62,102 bases of DNA. It comes from Neoconidiobolus thromboides FSU 785 (taxonomy: Eukaryota > Fungi > Entomophthoromycota). Positions 1 to 12,768 of this stretch are shown here, in pieces. The stretch spans positions 1-62,102 of the forward strand of contig MU626381.1 of assembly GCA_025603075.1 (NCBI GenBank). The letters run 5' to 3'. How positions within the stretch are numbered: the stretch's first letter is position 1; each line of letters begins with the position of its first letter. Position numbers and translations under genes: made by a program. Under the pieces are notes generated by a model that searched no databases, was not told the DNA's origin, and saw only the letters and a program-made list of their open reading frames with translations.

Positions 1-95
1 TAACCCTAACCCTAACCCTAACCCTAACCCTAACCCTAACCCTAACCCTAACCCTAACCCTAACCCTAACCCTAACCCTAACCCTAACCCTAACC
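1..95 (+). repeat. Telomeric repeat array (TAACCC)n, left chromosome end
   Basis: 15 perfect TAACCC units plus a partial TAACC from base 1. Confidence 0.99.
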
Positions 96-1271
96 TTTGT
101 GAAATATCGCTTTGTCAGTCCCATGGTTAACTATAGCATAATAATCCCTTAAACTGTTGTGTTCTCGAGTTCAGAGAAAATCAATCCCATGTTCTTATTT
201 TGATTTGCTATGAGAATTTCTATCTTCGTCTCAAAGGATATTCTCCTCCCGTTTTGATATTTATACTTTTCAGAGTATAAAAGAGTTTACAGAGTATAGT
301 AGTTCGAGGCTTTATAACTGAATCATTTCCTGATACCTCGAACATTTAATAAACCCACTAAGTTTTCTTAGTAGTATTTTATCCTATTACGTGGTATTCT
401 TCATAATTCAAGTCTATCTTAGTCACATAAAATAAGACTTTTCAATTTATAGTCTAGTCAATCAGATAATAGCTGTTTTTGACTCCAATCACCGAGTATC
501 AGATTTCACACAACAATAAAAAAATTAATAAAATTTTTAGAAAGTATAAAAAAAATGAGAAAATAATAATAATAAGATAATAATAAAATGACAAAAAAAG
601 TAAAAAAACAATAATAACAATAACAATAATAGAAAGTATTAAGAAATATTCATATTTATTAAACATAACTAAACTATACTATTACTAAATATCGGATAAA
701 TTGAAAAAAATCTAATATAATTTCAATTAGTTACAAGACCTATAAAAAATTAGCTTTAGCCTATTTTTTAGAAATAATTAAAAATTTAAAAGTTTTAACA
801 TTTACTAAGTAAATAAATAGTTTGTTAAATGATAAAAATAATTTCATTATAATGTAATTATAATATCAAAATTATTTATTTAATAACAAGTCTATAATAT
901 TAGCTATAGAGCAGTCAGTGATAAATACTTATCTATTTATATTTTATGTATTGCAACTTTAATTAATGCTAATACATAAGTTACCAATATTGTTTTTGCT
1001 AATATAACAATTTTTATCAAATTCAATAGAAATTCTGCTAACTTATAACATTATAATAAAGTTATTTAAAACTATGAAATATTCCTGGTTTTTAATATAA
1101 AAATTGTTCTAAATTCTAAGTAGTTTAAGTAATTAAAATTCTCAATTTTTTTAATCATTTTTTGCAAACTGAAAATTATTTTATTTTACTAATGGTTTTT
1201 AATATGTAAATCAAAGTTGAAAAATCGAATTAAAATGATCCCCCAATATCTGCTGAGTTTACTTGTTTTTG

Positions 1272-1843
1272 ATATGAGGGTGTTTTTTTTGATTTCACTA
1301 CTTTTTTTTAAGCGTTATTTGAGCAGAAAATTTACTAGTAAAACTCTTAAACATAAAAACACATCTCCATATGGGAGTGTTTTTTTTGACTTCATTACTT
1401 TTTCCATTTTTTAAGCGCTATTTGAGTGGAAAAGCTATTAATGAAATTCTTAAACACAAAAATACATCCCCATATTCACTCTTTTTATTTCTTAAACAGC
1501 TTTTGATTTTAAGAAAATGTATTCTTAAAATTATAGTTGTCAAATTTCTCTATGTTTTTAAACACTTAAAGATAGATTAAATCCACTTTACTATCAATTC
1601 AGTTTGACTTGAGAATCTTTTTATAGTACAAAATATGGGGGTGTTTTTTTTAGTTTCATCACTTTTTCTATCTCCTAAGCGCCATTTGAGTGGAAAAGTT
1701 ATTGCAAAATTCTTAAACACAAAAATACATCCCCATATTTTTATTTAGGATTGTTTTTATGTATAAGCATTTTATTAACAATTTTTCTGCTCAAATAGCA
1801 CTTAGAAGATGGAAAAAGTCCCAAAGCTAAAAAAATACCACCA
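1272..1843. mobile_element. Subtelomeric cluster of four ~105 bp MITE-like copies (1272-1372 +, 1369-1475 +, 1633-1738 +, ~1743-1843 - degenerate)
   Basis: Each matches consensus ATATGGG(G/A)(A/G)TGTTTTTTTTGACTTCATTACTTTTTCCAT..TTAAGCGCTATTTGAGTGGAAAA..TAGTAAAATTCTTAAACACAAAAATACATCCCCATAT; the first two copies share one ATAT. Confidence 0.8.
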
Positions 1844-2083
1844 ACCATTGCGAATTTTAAAAGTACCTAAGCAAAAAAATTGAAGTAGAGATTATTTTAT
1901 ATAATAATAAGGATAATATGCTTGATTATCTTAAAGCTTATATTAACCCTTATAATAATGTGTACTACATTAAAACTTAAAAAGAAGTAATGATTCATAA
2001 TTAATAAAGCTTATATTTATATAGTATTATAAGTATAACGTATATAAAAAAATAGAGCATTGTAATTCAAGTTATATTCTTTA

Positions 2084-3193
2084 TTACATAAACATGTATT
2101 TGTTACTTCCAAAGCTAGGATAGGTTTGATCAATAAAATAAATAAACTCAAGTAAATTATTTTGGTAATGTTGGTTGTTATGATTGTTACTATTTCTTTG
2201 TGTATGAATTTGTGAATATGGTAATTGCCCTAGTTTAAATTGATGTTGATATTTTGCTAAGCCAATATGCTTTAGAAATAATTTGATAGAATCCATGTTA
2301 AACGGAGTTGGGAACCAAATTTTAACTTGGTCTTTAAATAGTTGGATTTTCCATGAACCAAATTTGATTAATGTACTCATTAAAATCAAAACGCATTGGA
2401 TAGAACTTGAAGGAAATATTGTACTTAAACTTAATAAACTCTTTTGAGTTTCTTTATCTGCGCTTATATGACAAGTATTCGGAGAAGAGTTAAACATAAA
2501 CGTGTCTTTACCAAAATATGTTAGGAAATAATGAAAATGAATACTTTGGAGGGGATAGCTCAAATAATAATGTGACATTGATGGGTTTAACTCGGTCAAC
2601 TTAAACGATAATATATGCTCCCTTATTTTAAATAAATTGATAAAAGTACCCTTTAAGACTATATTTTTATCTTGAATAAAATCACTTTTTTTAACCAAAA
2701 GTGTCTTGTTTAGTCTTTTGACGCTTTTTAAATAAGACCCCAAGGCTCTGAAATTTTTTACATACGCTGATTTCTTTTTCTGTTGTAAATTCTCTTTGTT
2801 TATAACTACTTGCTTGTCTTTAGATTTGATATTTATCTGCTTTACAAAATAGGATGGTTCGCGTTTAAATTTCAATGAATAATTAATGGGTAAAAGGAGC
2901 TTCAAATGGAAAAGGTTCTTTTCAAATAACTTGTGCTGAGAAGGTTGTAATAGCTTTAATTGTGACATATAGTTTTCTCCCTCTCTTGTGTCTGTTTGTT
3001 GTGATGCATCCGTTACCAAAACTCTACCATAAAAGTGGTTATCGTTAACTGGTCTTAAATACTTTGAGCTAAATACTGCTCGTTTTATGGTCCTGAATAA
3101 ATGAATAATTTTTCCTGACATTGAAAAAGATAACAAAAGTAATTGCTTAGTTTTGAGTTTTAGGTGACTATTTTTGCATAAAAATTGCTTCAT
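2084..3193 (-). CDS. Hypothetical 369-aa protein, no recognised domain (start may be the second Met, MSGKII)
   Basis: 1.1 kb open frame in very AT-rich DNA; divergent from the helicase across 174 bp. Confidence 0.7.
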   Translation of the reverse strand: MKQFLCKNSHLKLKTKQLLLLSFSMSGKIIHLFRTIKRAVFSSKYLRPVNDNHFYGRVLVTDASQQTDTREGENYMSQLKLLQPSQHKLFEKNLFHLKLLLPINYSLKFKREPSYFVKQINIKSKDKQVVINKENLQQKKKSAYVKNFRALGSYLKSVKRLNKTLLVKKSDFIQDKNIVLKGTFINLFKIREHILSFKLTELNPSMSHYYLSYPLQSIHFHYFLTYFGKDTFMFNSSPNTCHISADKETQKSLLSLSTIFPSSSIQCVLILMSTLIKFGSWKIQLFKDQVKIWFPTPFNMDSIKLFLKHIGLAKYQHQFKLGQLPYSQIHTQRNSNNHNNQHYQNNLLEFIYFIDQTYPSFGSNKYMFM

Positions 3194-3367
3194 TCTCTAA
3201 ATTTAATTTTTATCATTTTTAAGGTATTTTATTTTATTTAATACTATTTAACAATAAATACAAATTTGATTTATTTCTACTTTTAATTTTTAAATAGCTT
3301 ATGAAATGTTTCATTTTTTCACTCACTAAATTATTAAAAAATAGACGACATAAAAGTTTAGATTGAG

Positions 3368-5814
3368 ATGGCATCTGAGCTATTAAAAAAGAGGCAGAGT
3401 TTGCCTGTTTATCCATATAAAGAAGAGTTTTGCTTAGCAATACAAAATGCTGATAGTTTGGTTGTTGTTGGGGAAACAGGTATATTCAATAGTATTTTAA
3501 GAAAAAAACAATTTAACCATCTACAGGCTCTGGAAAAACAACACAAATTCCACAATTTTTATTTGAAAAGATGAACGAACTCCAAAGTCAAGGCGATAAT
3601 ACAGCAAACTTTTCAATACAAAGCATATGTGTTACACAGCCAAGGTAAATTATTTATAAAAGAATGGTAAAAATAATATTTTTTATTAGACGTATTGCAG
3701 CCATTACAGTTGCTAAAAGAGTCTGCCTTGAAACAAATACAACTTTAGGAGATCAAATAGGATATACTATTCGATTTGAAGATAGATGTAGTAATAAAAC
3801 AAGATTACGCTATTTAACTGATGGGATACTTTTAAGAGAAGCAACCATGGATTTTCTTCTTCCCAAATATGATTGCATAATAATAGATGAAGCTCATGAA
3901 AGGTCGCTCGATACAGACATAATTATTGGATTAATTAAAAAAGCTCAAAAAGCAAGGAAAGAACTGGCACTAAGTGATCCATCAATAAAGCCTTTAAAGG
4001 TTATAATAATGTCAGCTACTTTAAACGTGAGTTTTATACGTTTATTTTAACATTTATTTATTATTTTTAAGGTTGAAAGATTTTCGGATTTCTTTGATGG
4101 TTGCCCAATCTTTACTATACCTGGACGTAGCTATGATATAATGATTAACCACCACAACAATTTAAGTATCGAGAAGTTAAAATCAAGCTATGTGGAACGT
4201 TCTGTTGAAACTGCACTTCAGATTCATTTTGATTCACCACCTGGAGATATTTTAATATTTTTAACAGGGCAACAAGAAATACATAAGGCAATGAAGCAAT
4301 TTTCAGAAACTCATCAGGAAATTTTAAAAGAGAAAAGTGAGAAAATTACAAATAAAGAGCTAGAACCCTACTTGGTTCCTATTTATGCTTCATTAGAGCA
4401 AATAGATCAAAAGGCAGCGTTTGAGCCAAGTCCAATCAATACAAGAAAAATAGTTTTTGCTACGAATATTGCTCAAACTTCTATTACAATACCCGGTATA
4501 GTTTATGTGATAGATTCTGGTTTTGTGAAACAAAAAACTTTTGAGCCCAAAACTGGTATGGATGCATTACTTGTGGTACCTATCTCTAAGGCGGCTGCAA
4601 TCCAGCGAGCAGGAAGAGCAGGAAGAACGCAAAATGGGGTTGTATATAGACTTTATTCAAGAGCTGCATTTCAAAACCTTATAGATGAAACTGTCCCAGA
4701 AATACAACGTAGTTCATTACTTAGTACTGTTTTGGCAATGAAATCAATGGGTATTGATGATATTCAAAATTTTGAATTCTTAGATTCACCAGGATTAAAT
4801 CACATAAACTCATCACTAAAGAAACTTACATTCCTTGGTGCCCTTGATCTAGATGGGATTATCACTGAGCTTGGATCTAAAATGGCTAGACTTCCTCTAT
4901 CACCTTACTTATCATGTGCATTAATAGATTCTTGCTTATCTGATATCCCTTGCTCTTATCAGATGCTTGTTATAGCATCAATGCTATCAACTGAGGATGT
5001 TATAGTCAAAGCTAAAACTGAAGAAGGACAAAAAGTCCAAAAAGATATCTTCTATCAGTTATTTTTTGATCAATCAGGAGATCATCTTACTTTATATAAT
5101 ATCTTTGTTTTAGCTGCGAGAAATAGGTTTGAAAAAGAGTGGTGTTATAATCATTATTTAAACCATCGTCTTTTACTCCATGCCTCTTCCATTATGGAGC
5201 AATTAAAACAAGTTTTAATTGATTTGAAATTTGAAATAGTTTCATTAAGTAAGTATGATATAAGGTCAAACATACTTCCGAGTAAACAATTCGATGCAAG
5301 TATAGTACTTAAAAGTTTATGTCGTGGTTATTTTTTAAATGTTGCAAAAAAGCATCCTCAAGGCAAAGCATTTTATCATTATGGTGCTACTTCAAATTCA
5401 AAATCATCTCATTTAGAAGTTATTCCCTCTTCTCGTATGCTAGCATTACATCTTCATCCCACTTCAAGTTTAAATAGCTTCAATACCAATACAAAATTAT
5501 CACGATTATCACATATTGATTGGGTTATATATTCCCAAATTATTTACACATCACAATGTTTATTAAGACATGTGTCTAATATAGACCCCAAATGGTTTTT
5601 ACCCTACCTTGAACAAGCTAAAGCCATGAATATGGCTACATCACAACCAAATTCGTTGCCAATAACCCCTAAATTAGAACACAATCAATTATCTCAATTA
5701 AAATCACCCTCTGGCTCATCCCCTTATAATTCAGATAGAAGTCCAGCACGAGTTGCTGAAGTCGAAGGCGCATTAAGTAGATATTTAGCTCGTAAAAAAT
5801 TGAAGAAAAAATAA
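3368..5814 (+). CDS. DEAH-box RNA helicase (Prp22/DHX8/DHX40-like), 4 exons
   Basis: Spliced GETGSGKTT, TQPRRIAA, DEAH, SAT, TNIAQTSITIPG and QRAGRAGR motifs; introns 3480-3526, 3645-3689, 4027-4071. Confidence 0.93.
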
Positions 5815-6305
5815 ATCAAATTCATTAGCAATATAAGTAGTTATATACGTATGGTTATTGTGGCTCAGCTTTAGCATTTAAGTCATTAAACATAAACTGA
5901 TAAAATAATGCAATATTCAAAATAAATAAAAACTATTATTATGAATCAAATTTCATTATCAAATAAAAGTATTACTTAATAACCATTGAATTAAACTTTA
6001 ATAAAAATAGTTAAGTTATTCTTATATTTTTATAAAGCTGTGACAAACAATCTACCAATGAATTTATATTGTTTCTACTTACTTTGATACCCTAGTCCCA
6101 ATACAATTTATAATATAAATATTAAAAAGTGTTTTCAATAATTTATTACAATATTTAAATTTAAAGCAGAAACAAATTTAGTTTAATAAAATCAAAACTC
6201 AGGAGCAAATAAAAAAATATATAATTTTACCTAACACAAAATGATAAAATTAGGTAGGTACAAATAAAACTACAGAATGAAACAGGACCAAGCGAAGGCT
6301 CCATT

Positions 6306-7920
6306 TCAATAATTCAAAGTATTAATAACATTAAAATCACGATCCCAGCCGAATCCTAAACCCGGAGATGAAGAGTTCTGATGAGAAAGTAAACTTGTGT
6401 TATTCTCTGATCCATTATGATTAATTGAGGAAATACGACGAGCGTTTGAAGATCGAATTAAAGCTTCCTCATCATCAGCTGATTTATCTAAATCCTTACG
6501 ACATGTTGGGCAATTTTGATGACTTTCAAGCCAAAGTCGAAGGCAACGACTAATTAAAAAATAAATGGTTCTACATCAAATTATTCATTGAACTTACCCA
6601 TGGAAAATATGAGAACAAGGAAGTTTTTGGGCAGAAATCATGGGCTCAAGGCATATTGGACAATTATCCCCAAGGTCTTCAAGCTCATTTTTTGTTGCAG
6701 ATGGGAATCTAAAATTTTACTTAAAACAGACATAAACAAAGTAAAACACGTACCTAGATTCCATGTAATTAAGTGCAGAACGATAACTTTTGTAAATATT
6801 GTATTTACGATGTAAACTTTTGAAAACAGATCGAATATTAAGGAACAATACAGCATCAATTAAAGTAAATGTGATTCCTTGAAGAAGCTTAAAGATATTA
6901 AAAAATAGTATTAGAAGTTAAAATATAAATGCTTACAACTATTTGTATATAATGGATTAATGTTACTACTAATATTGCTGCATCCGTATAAAACTCTGTT
7001 TTTCTTAAATATACATCTTTTTCTTCCCATATGTCTGACGATGAAATGTCTTTTATATGAATCAAATATTTTATAAGTGTTTGTAAAGTGTCTAATAATA
7101 ATGTAAAGCATTCAAAAATGAGTAAAAATAACATGGAACCAAATGAATTTAAACAAACAGTAAACCAAAGAATATCACAAATAATAATTAAAGATAGGAA
7201 TGAAAGAACTCTAAATTGACTTCTATTAGAAGAGGAAGAGATCTCCATTAGATATTCACAACGGTCACGGCAAAGCATAGAAAATACTCGAAGAAACCCA
7301 ATAACTGCGAACCATGAAACCCAAAGTATCATTTCATCATTATTGGTTTCCACTATAGCCCCAAGGAAGACAACTTTAAATAAAAGAAAGTTTAATACGC
7401 GATCATACATATGTTGGTTTTCTATATCCCTTAGTTCATCAAAGAATATTTTGATTAATATTGTTCCGAGTATGTAAAGAAATAAAAAACCAGAATTCAT
7501 AAATATTAAAGCAGCCACTTTTTGTTGATTTAAAAAAAGAGCTTCATTGGGGAATTTGGAAATATAATTTAATAATTGATTCAAGTCAAAAAAATCAAAA
7601 ACTCTTAAAGATCCATTAGTCTGATGTTGTATATTCCTTATAAAATCATCAGAGCTTCCTTCATCCTTTTTATGGTTTAACTTGATGTTGAATAATCCTT
7701 TTAAGAATAGAAAGTTATTTAATTTCTTTTCTAATACATTTTGTTTATCAGTAGTTGGATTATAATTAAGTGGAAATTCATTTGAAGTTAGTTCAAAGTT
7801 TGTATTTCCATTTACATTTACTACATCACGCACCAAATCTTTACTTAAATATATAATTGTCATAAAAGATATAAGTCCAGATAAAAACAAGTATCTCGCA
7901 ACTCCATTTAATATCATCAT
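6306..7920 (-). CDS. ERAD RING-H2 E3 ligase, gp78/AMFR-Hrd1 family, 4 exons
   Basis: Multi-TM N-terminus (DRVLNFLLFKVVFLG, WFAVIGFLRVF, RDRCEYL); spliced RING CPICLEPM..LPCSHIFH..CLRLWLESHQNCPTCR; first in-frame TGA at 6306-6308. Confidence 0.88.
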
Positions 7921-9153
7921 TTAATTTTAAAATTTTTAAAAAAACTGAAGTTATTCTGTTTAAATAGTCACATAAATGGATCATAAACTATTTAAAACTA
8001 GAATTTAAGCAAATAGCATTCTTGGCATTTTGATTGGCTAAACTATAGCCTCTTAACCCCATTTTCCTATTTCATTTTTTTGTTTTATTTAAAGATATTA
8101 ACGTTACTATTGGGCTTATCTTTGTTTAAAATAGCCTATACAATTACAGATATTTAAAATATATCAGTTTAGCCTAATAATTGTTACATTATCATAATAC
8201 CTAAAACGATCTCAAAAGTACTTTTAATTAGTTTAAATTATGTTATATTATATTATATTTTAATTTTAATTTTGATTTTAATTTAAAGCTAATATTAAAA
8301 AATATAATATTATAAATTAAACAATAAACATACATTTAAAGTTTACTATTGAAATAGCTAGATAATATTATCAAATTTAAAATCAATTTCAAAGTAGTAA
8401 GCTTAGTTTGAATAAGATCCTACATTAAAAGCATCAAAATGTGTTCTTGAAGCAACTTTTTGAACACTACCATTTTTATTTTGAGATTATTAAACAAACA
8501 TATAGTTTAAATATAGCTTCTATATTAACTATTATTTCTAAGCTATGATTTACATTAGGGTAAACTACTCATTTTAAATTTGATAAAGGTTCCTCTTTAT
8601 TAGTTTTATTTGAACACTATGCAGCATCCCTATTTTATTAAATAAAGCTTTATTTTTAATCTTCGTATCCTTTAATCACTATCTTTTGCTTTATAGAATA
8701 TATTATATAAATTTTACTTTTAGAAACAGTAACTACATTTACTTTGTGTGATTTTATAATGTGTATTTTAAGGAGTAGTAATTATATTATCTATATTCTT
8801 AATACTAGTTTGATGTTATTATAGCTTATTATTTTAACAAAATCAATTGAATTGGAATCCAATATGAAATTGATCAAATAGAAAGTAAATTTCCTTTATG
8901 AAAACGTGACTGTTGAGGATATTTGAAATATTTAGTGGAAATTTGCTTAGTGTAAAACGTCCCAATCAAAGTTATAGCTTAGAGAAATGTGGAATAATTA
9001 AATTTAATTGGAAATTAAAAAATTAAATGGCACTTCATTGGCTATAAGCTTATGTTTGGGTTTACTAGCATATTATTTAGCTTGGGAAAGTTAGTGACTT
9101 CTTAGTTTCATTCTTTATATTTTACCGCTTTATTATCTATATTATTTTTTACA

Positions 9154-9662
<509 letters not shown>

Positions 9663-10510
9663 CAAACCAAACAATTACTGTAAATTAGCTATTTTAAACA
9701 ATAAATTTGAATTTATGATTTTTTTATTACTACACGCTTTGTTTAAATATTACAGACCATAGATTATTTTGAATTGGTGATCTTAAATCTAATAAAAATA
9801 AAATGAAACTACTTTTAAAGAAGTCACTACATTGATGGTACAAAATTAAATGTTTCAAATAAATTTACAATCAAATTTTAAATATACAATTATATAAGTG
9901 AATGGTGCTTTCAACCATGAACCTATATTTTGAATTTAGTATATAGCTAGCTATAATGACTTAGTTTATACAAAAACCAAAATCATAATATTCTTTAATA
10001 TTAGAGTAATTTTTAATATTATTAGTAGAAGTATATTTATATTTAGATAAAAAAGTGTACTATTTTTTAGACTAAATATAGAAAATTTCAGGAATTATTT
10101 TATATTTATTTAATATTGTTATTCTATAAAACATTCTTACATTTTGATTATAACTATTATTCATTTTTTAACTGATTTTAAGAATTCAAGCTTGATTTAT
10201 TTTAAATGTAATAAATGTTTGAAATATCTGTATTCAAATGTTACGATTCATTATAATTAAATCTTGGCACAACTAAATAAATATTAAAAGGCATATATAT
10301 AATGATTAATTATATTGAATTCGTTAATCAATAACTTAAAATATACTTTTGATTTATACATGATTGCTAAAAATAAAAAGGTGGTGGATATTTACTCCAC
10401 CTAACTACATATTGAATTATGTTGGGGAGAAAAAGCTTAATTTGAAGTTTGTATGATACGTATATATAAAAAACACAAAAACAAAAAATTGGGGAATTAA
10501 AAAATTAAAA

Positions 10511-11458
10511 ATGTCATATCTATTATTAATACTCTACTATTTCATAAATCAATTACATTGTCATATCCAAATGAAATACCCTCCGCCTCGACGCTCAACT
10601 TTTAATAAAGTATATCCTGGTGAACCAGATTACGATATGAGCTCACCTATTAACCTATCACAATTTCCATGTAAAGGGTATGCTCCAGGACCAATAGTAG
10701 CAAGTTATACCGCTGGTGGTACTATCCCGGTAGAATTGTATGGTACTGCTACACACAATGGCGGCCATTGCCAATTTTCATTATCATATGATAACGGAGC
10801 TACTTTTGTTGTGATATCAACAATAATGAATGATTGTTTAACAAACAATAATATGAACTATAATATAAAAATACCTGAACAAGTACCACAAGCAGATAAG
10901 CTAATATTTTCATGGACATGGGTGAATAGATCTGGTAATAGGGAGTATTACATGAATTGTGCAGACATACAAATTAAAAATAGTTTGAAGGAATGTAGCT
11001 ATACTAATAAAAAAATGCTAGTAGCAAATTTACAAGGTTATCCAACAATCCCTGAATTCCCTAATGCAAGCTCATACTGTGGTGCTGATTTGTATGACAA
11101 ATGTGAAAATGTGACTGTAAATTCAAATAATATACAATCAAGTTATGTTCAACCTAATAATAACACAGAGAATTATAACAACTACAATTTATTAAGTTAT
11201 AACAAAAGCAATAAAAATAAAAATATAGCAAGCCATAGTAGCAGCAACCCAGGGAACTTTAATAACAGCATATCAAATACAAACCGTAATAGCTATTCTG
11301 ACCAGTTGCTATTGATCAAAAAGAAATTTGATATTCAAGTACAACAATTAAATGAGCAATATAATCAGGGTAAAATAGACCAAATAAATTTTAGTAATAA
11401 ATTAAATGACATGCAAAAAAAGTTTGATACGGATTGCTTATCATTAAAAAATATTTAA
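10511..11458 (+). CDS. Secreted AA11 chitin lytic polysaccharide monooxygenase (copy A)
   Basis: Signal peptide then His18; FPCKG, ATHNGGHCQFSLS, WTWVNRSGNREYYMNCADI; intronless. Confidence 0.88.
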   Translation: MSYLLLILYYFINQLHCHIQMKYPPPRRSTFNKVYPGEPDYDMSSPINLSQFPCKGYAPGPIVASYTAGGTIPVELYGTATHNGGHCQFSLSYDNGATFVVISTIMNDCLTNNNMNYNIKIPEQVPQADKLIFSWTWVNRSGNREYYMNCADIQIKNSLKECSYTNKKMLVANLQGYPTIPEFPNASSYCGADLYDKCENVTVNSNNIQSSYVQPNNNTENYNNYNLLSYNKSNKNKNIASHSSSNPGNFNNSISNTNRNSYSDQLLLIKKKFDIQVQQLNEQYNQGKIDQINFSNKLNDMQKKFDTDCLSLKNI

Positions 11459-11803
11459 ATAAATAATTATTTATAGCTTTTCAAATTTCGTTTTTTTTTA
11501 CTGTCAATTCCATTTTGATTTCTATTACCGATTTTATATTTATTTGTTGCTACTTCATTATTTATCAAATTTTAAAAATAGAGGAAAGTTTTATATCATT
11601 CAAGTACTAATAAAATTTAACAGTTTCTAAAAAATACTATTGTATAGTACAGATACTCTTAGTAGTGGCTGCTATTATGTTATTATTACACTACTATTTA
11701 ATGTTTTGAAAAGGGATTTATTGAAGAATAAAAAATTCTATTTTTTACGTCATCACTTTAGCTATAAATCGCTACTTTAAATTATAGTGTTTTTTTTAAA
11801 TCT

Positions 11804-12460
11804 ATGAGTCGTTCAATAAAATTTTGGTTTGAATACTCAAGCCCTTATTCTGCTATAAGTGTCTATGAAATATTAGCATTAGCTAAACGAGGTGATTTCT
11901 CAAAAAATAGTTTAATTATTGAACCCCGTCCTCTTTTATTAGGTGCTTTACTAAAAAAATTAGAGCTACCTGTTATACCTTTTGCAAGCAATGAACCAAA
12001 GTTCAATTATATGTGGCACGATTCTCAAAGACAAATAGCAAAGATAAAAAGCAAATATAATTTAAAAGACTCTTTCAATATAAACAAACCGAAAGATTTT
12101 CCAATAAATGGTTTGTTGGCAGCAAGAGCAACCATTTCTTTACAAAATGAGATAAAGGACACTAATAGCCAAAATTTATTAAATTTTATATTAAAAATGT
12201 ACGACTATTCCTTTAATAAGGATATTGATATTAATGACAAGGACTTGATTAAAGAAGAAATAAGCTCATATTTCCCAGATTTGAATCCCGATCTTATAGT
12301 AGATAATGCTACTAAATCTGAGATTAAGGAAAGCTTAAAGGCAAATACAGAGGAAGCTTATAATCTAAATATGTTTGGTGCTCCCACATTTACTGTATCT
12401 GGAGAAATTTTTTGGGGATCTGATAGATTACATGATGCTATTGAAAAAGCTCTAGAATAA
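11804..12460 (+). CDS. 2-hydroxychromene-2-carboxylate isomerase / DsbA-GST-kappa family protein, bacterial type
   Basis: FWFEYSSPYS, FPINGLLAARA, LKANTEEA, FGAPTF, EIFWGSDRL; intronless. Confidence 0.85.
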   Translation: MSRSIKFWFEYSSPYSAISVYEILALAKRGDFSKNSLIIEPRPLLLGALLKKLELPVIPFASNEPKFNYMWHDSQRQIAKIKSKYNLKDSFNINKPKDFPINGLLAARATISLQNEIKDTNSQNLLNFILKMYDYSFNKDIDINDKDLIKEEISSYFPDLNPDLIVDNATKSEIKESLKANTEEAYNLNMFGAPTFTVSGEIFWGSDRLHDAIEKALE

Positions 12461-12662
12461 TACTTTGACTTCAAATATTATTAAATCTCACTAGACATCA
12501 ATATATATGTTGTTAATTAATTTTTTACTATATTAGCTTTATGAGTTTATTTAAATATACATTAACTCTTTAATAACTTATAAGAAGTCCACTATTTTTA
12601 AACATCAGTATATTATATCTTATATTTAAATTCTGGATCTTTTTTAACATGATTTAACTAGT

Positions 12663-12768
12663 ATATAGGGATGTATTTTTGTATTTAAGGATTTTATTAC
12701 CAATTTTTCGCTCAAATAGCGCTTAAAAGATGGAAAAAGTGATGAAGCCAAAAAGACACTTCCTATAT
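12663..12768 (-). mobile_element. MITE-like copy (left arm of inverted pair 1)
   Basis: Full-length reverse copy of the consensus, ATAT at both ends. Confidence 0.85.

Noticed and set aside
1217-1580. Short ORFs at 1217-1580, 35138-35377 and 47853-48095
   Set aside because: They translate MITE copies (KRYLS..K..KILK)
3368-5814. Telomere-linked RecQ helicase
   Set aside because: The motifs are those of a DEAH/RHA RNA helicase, not RecQ
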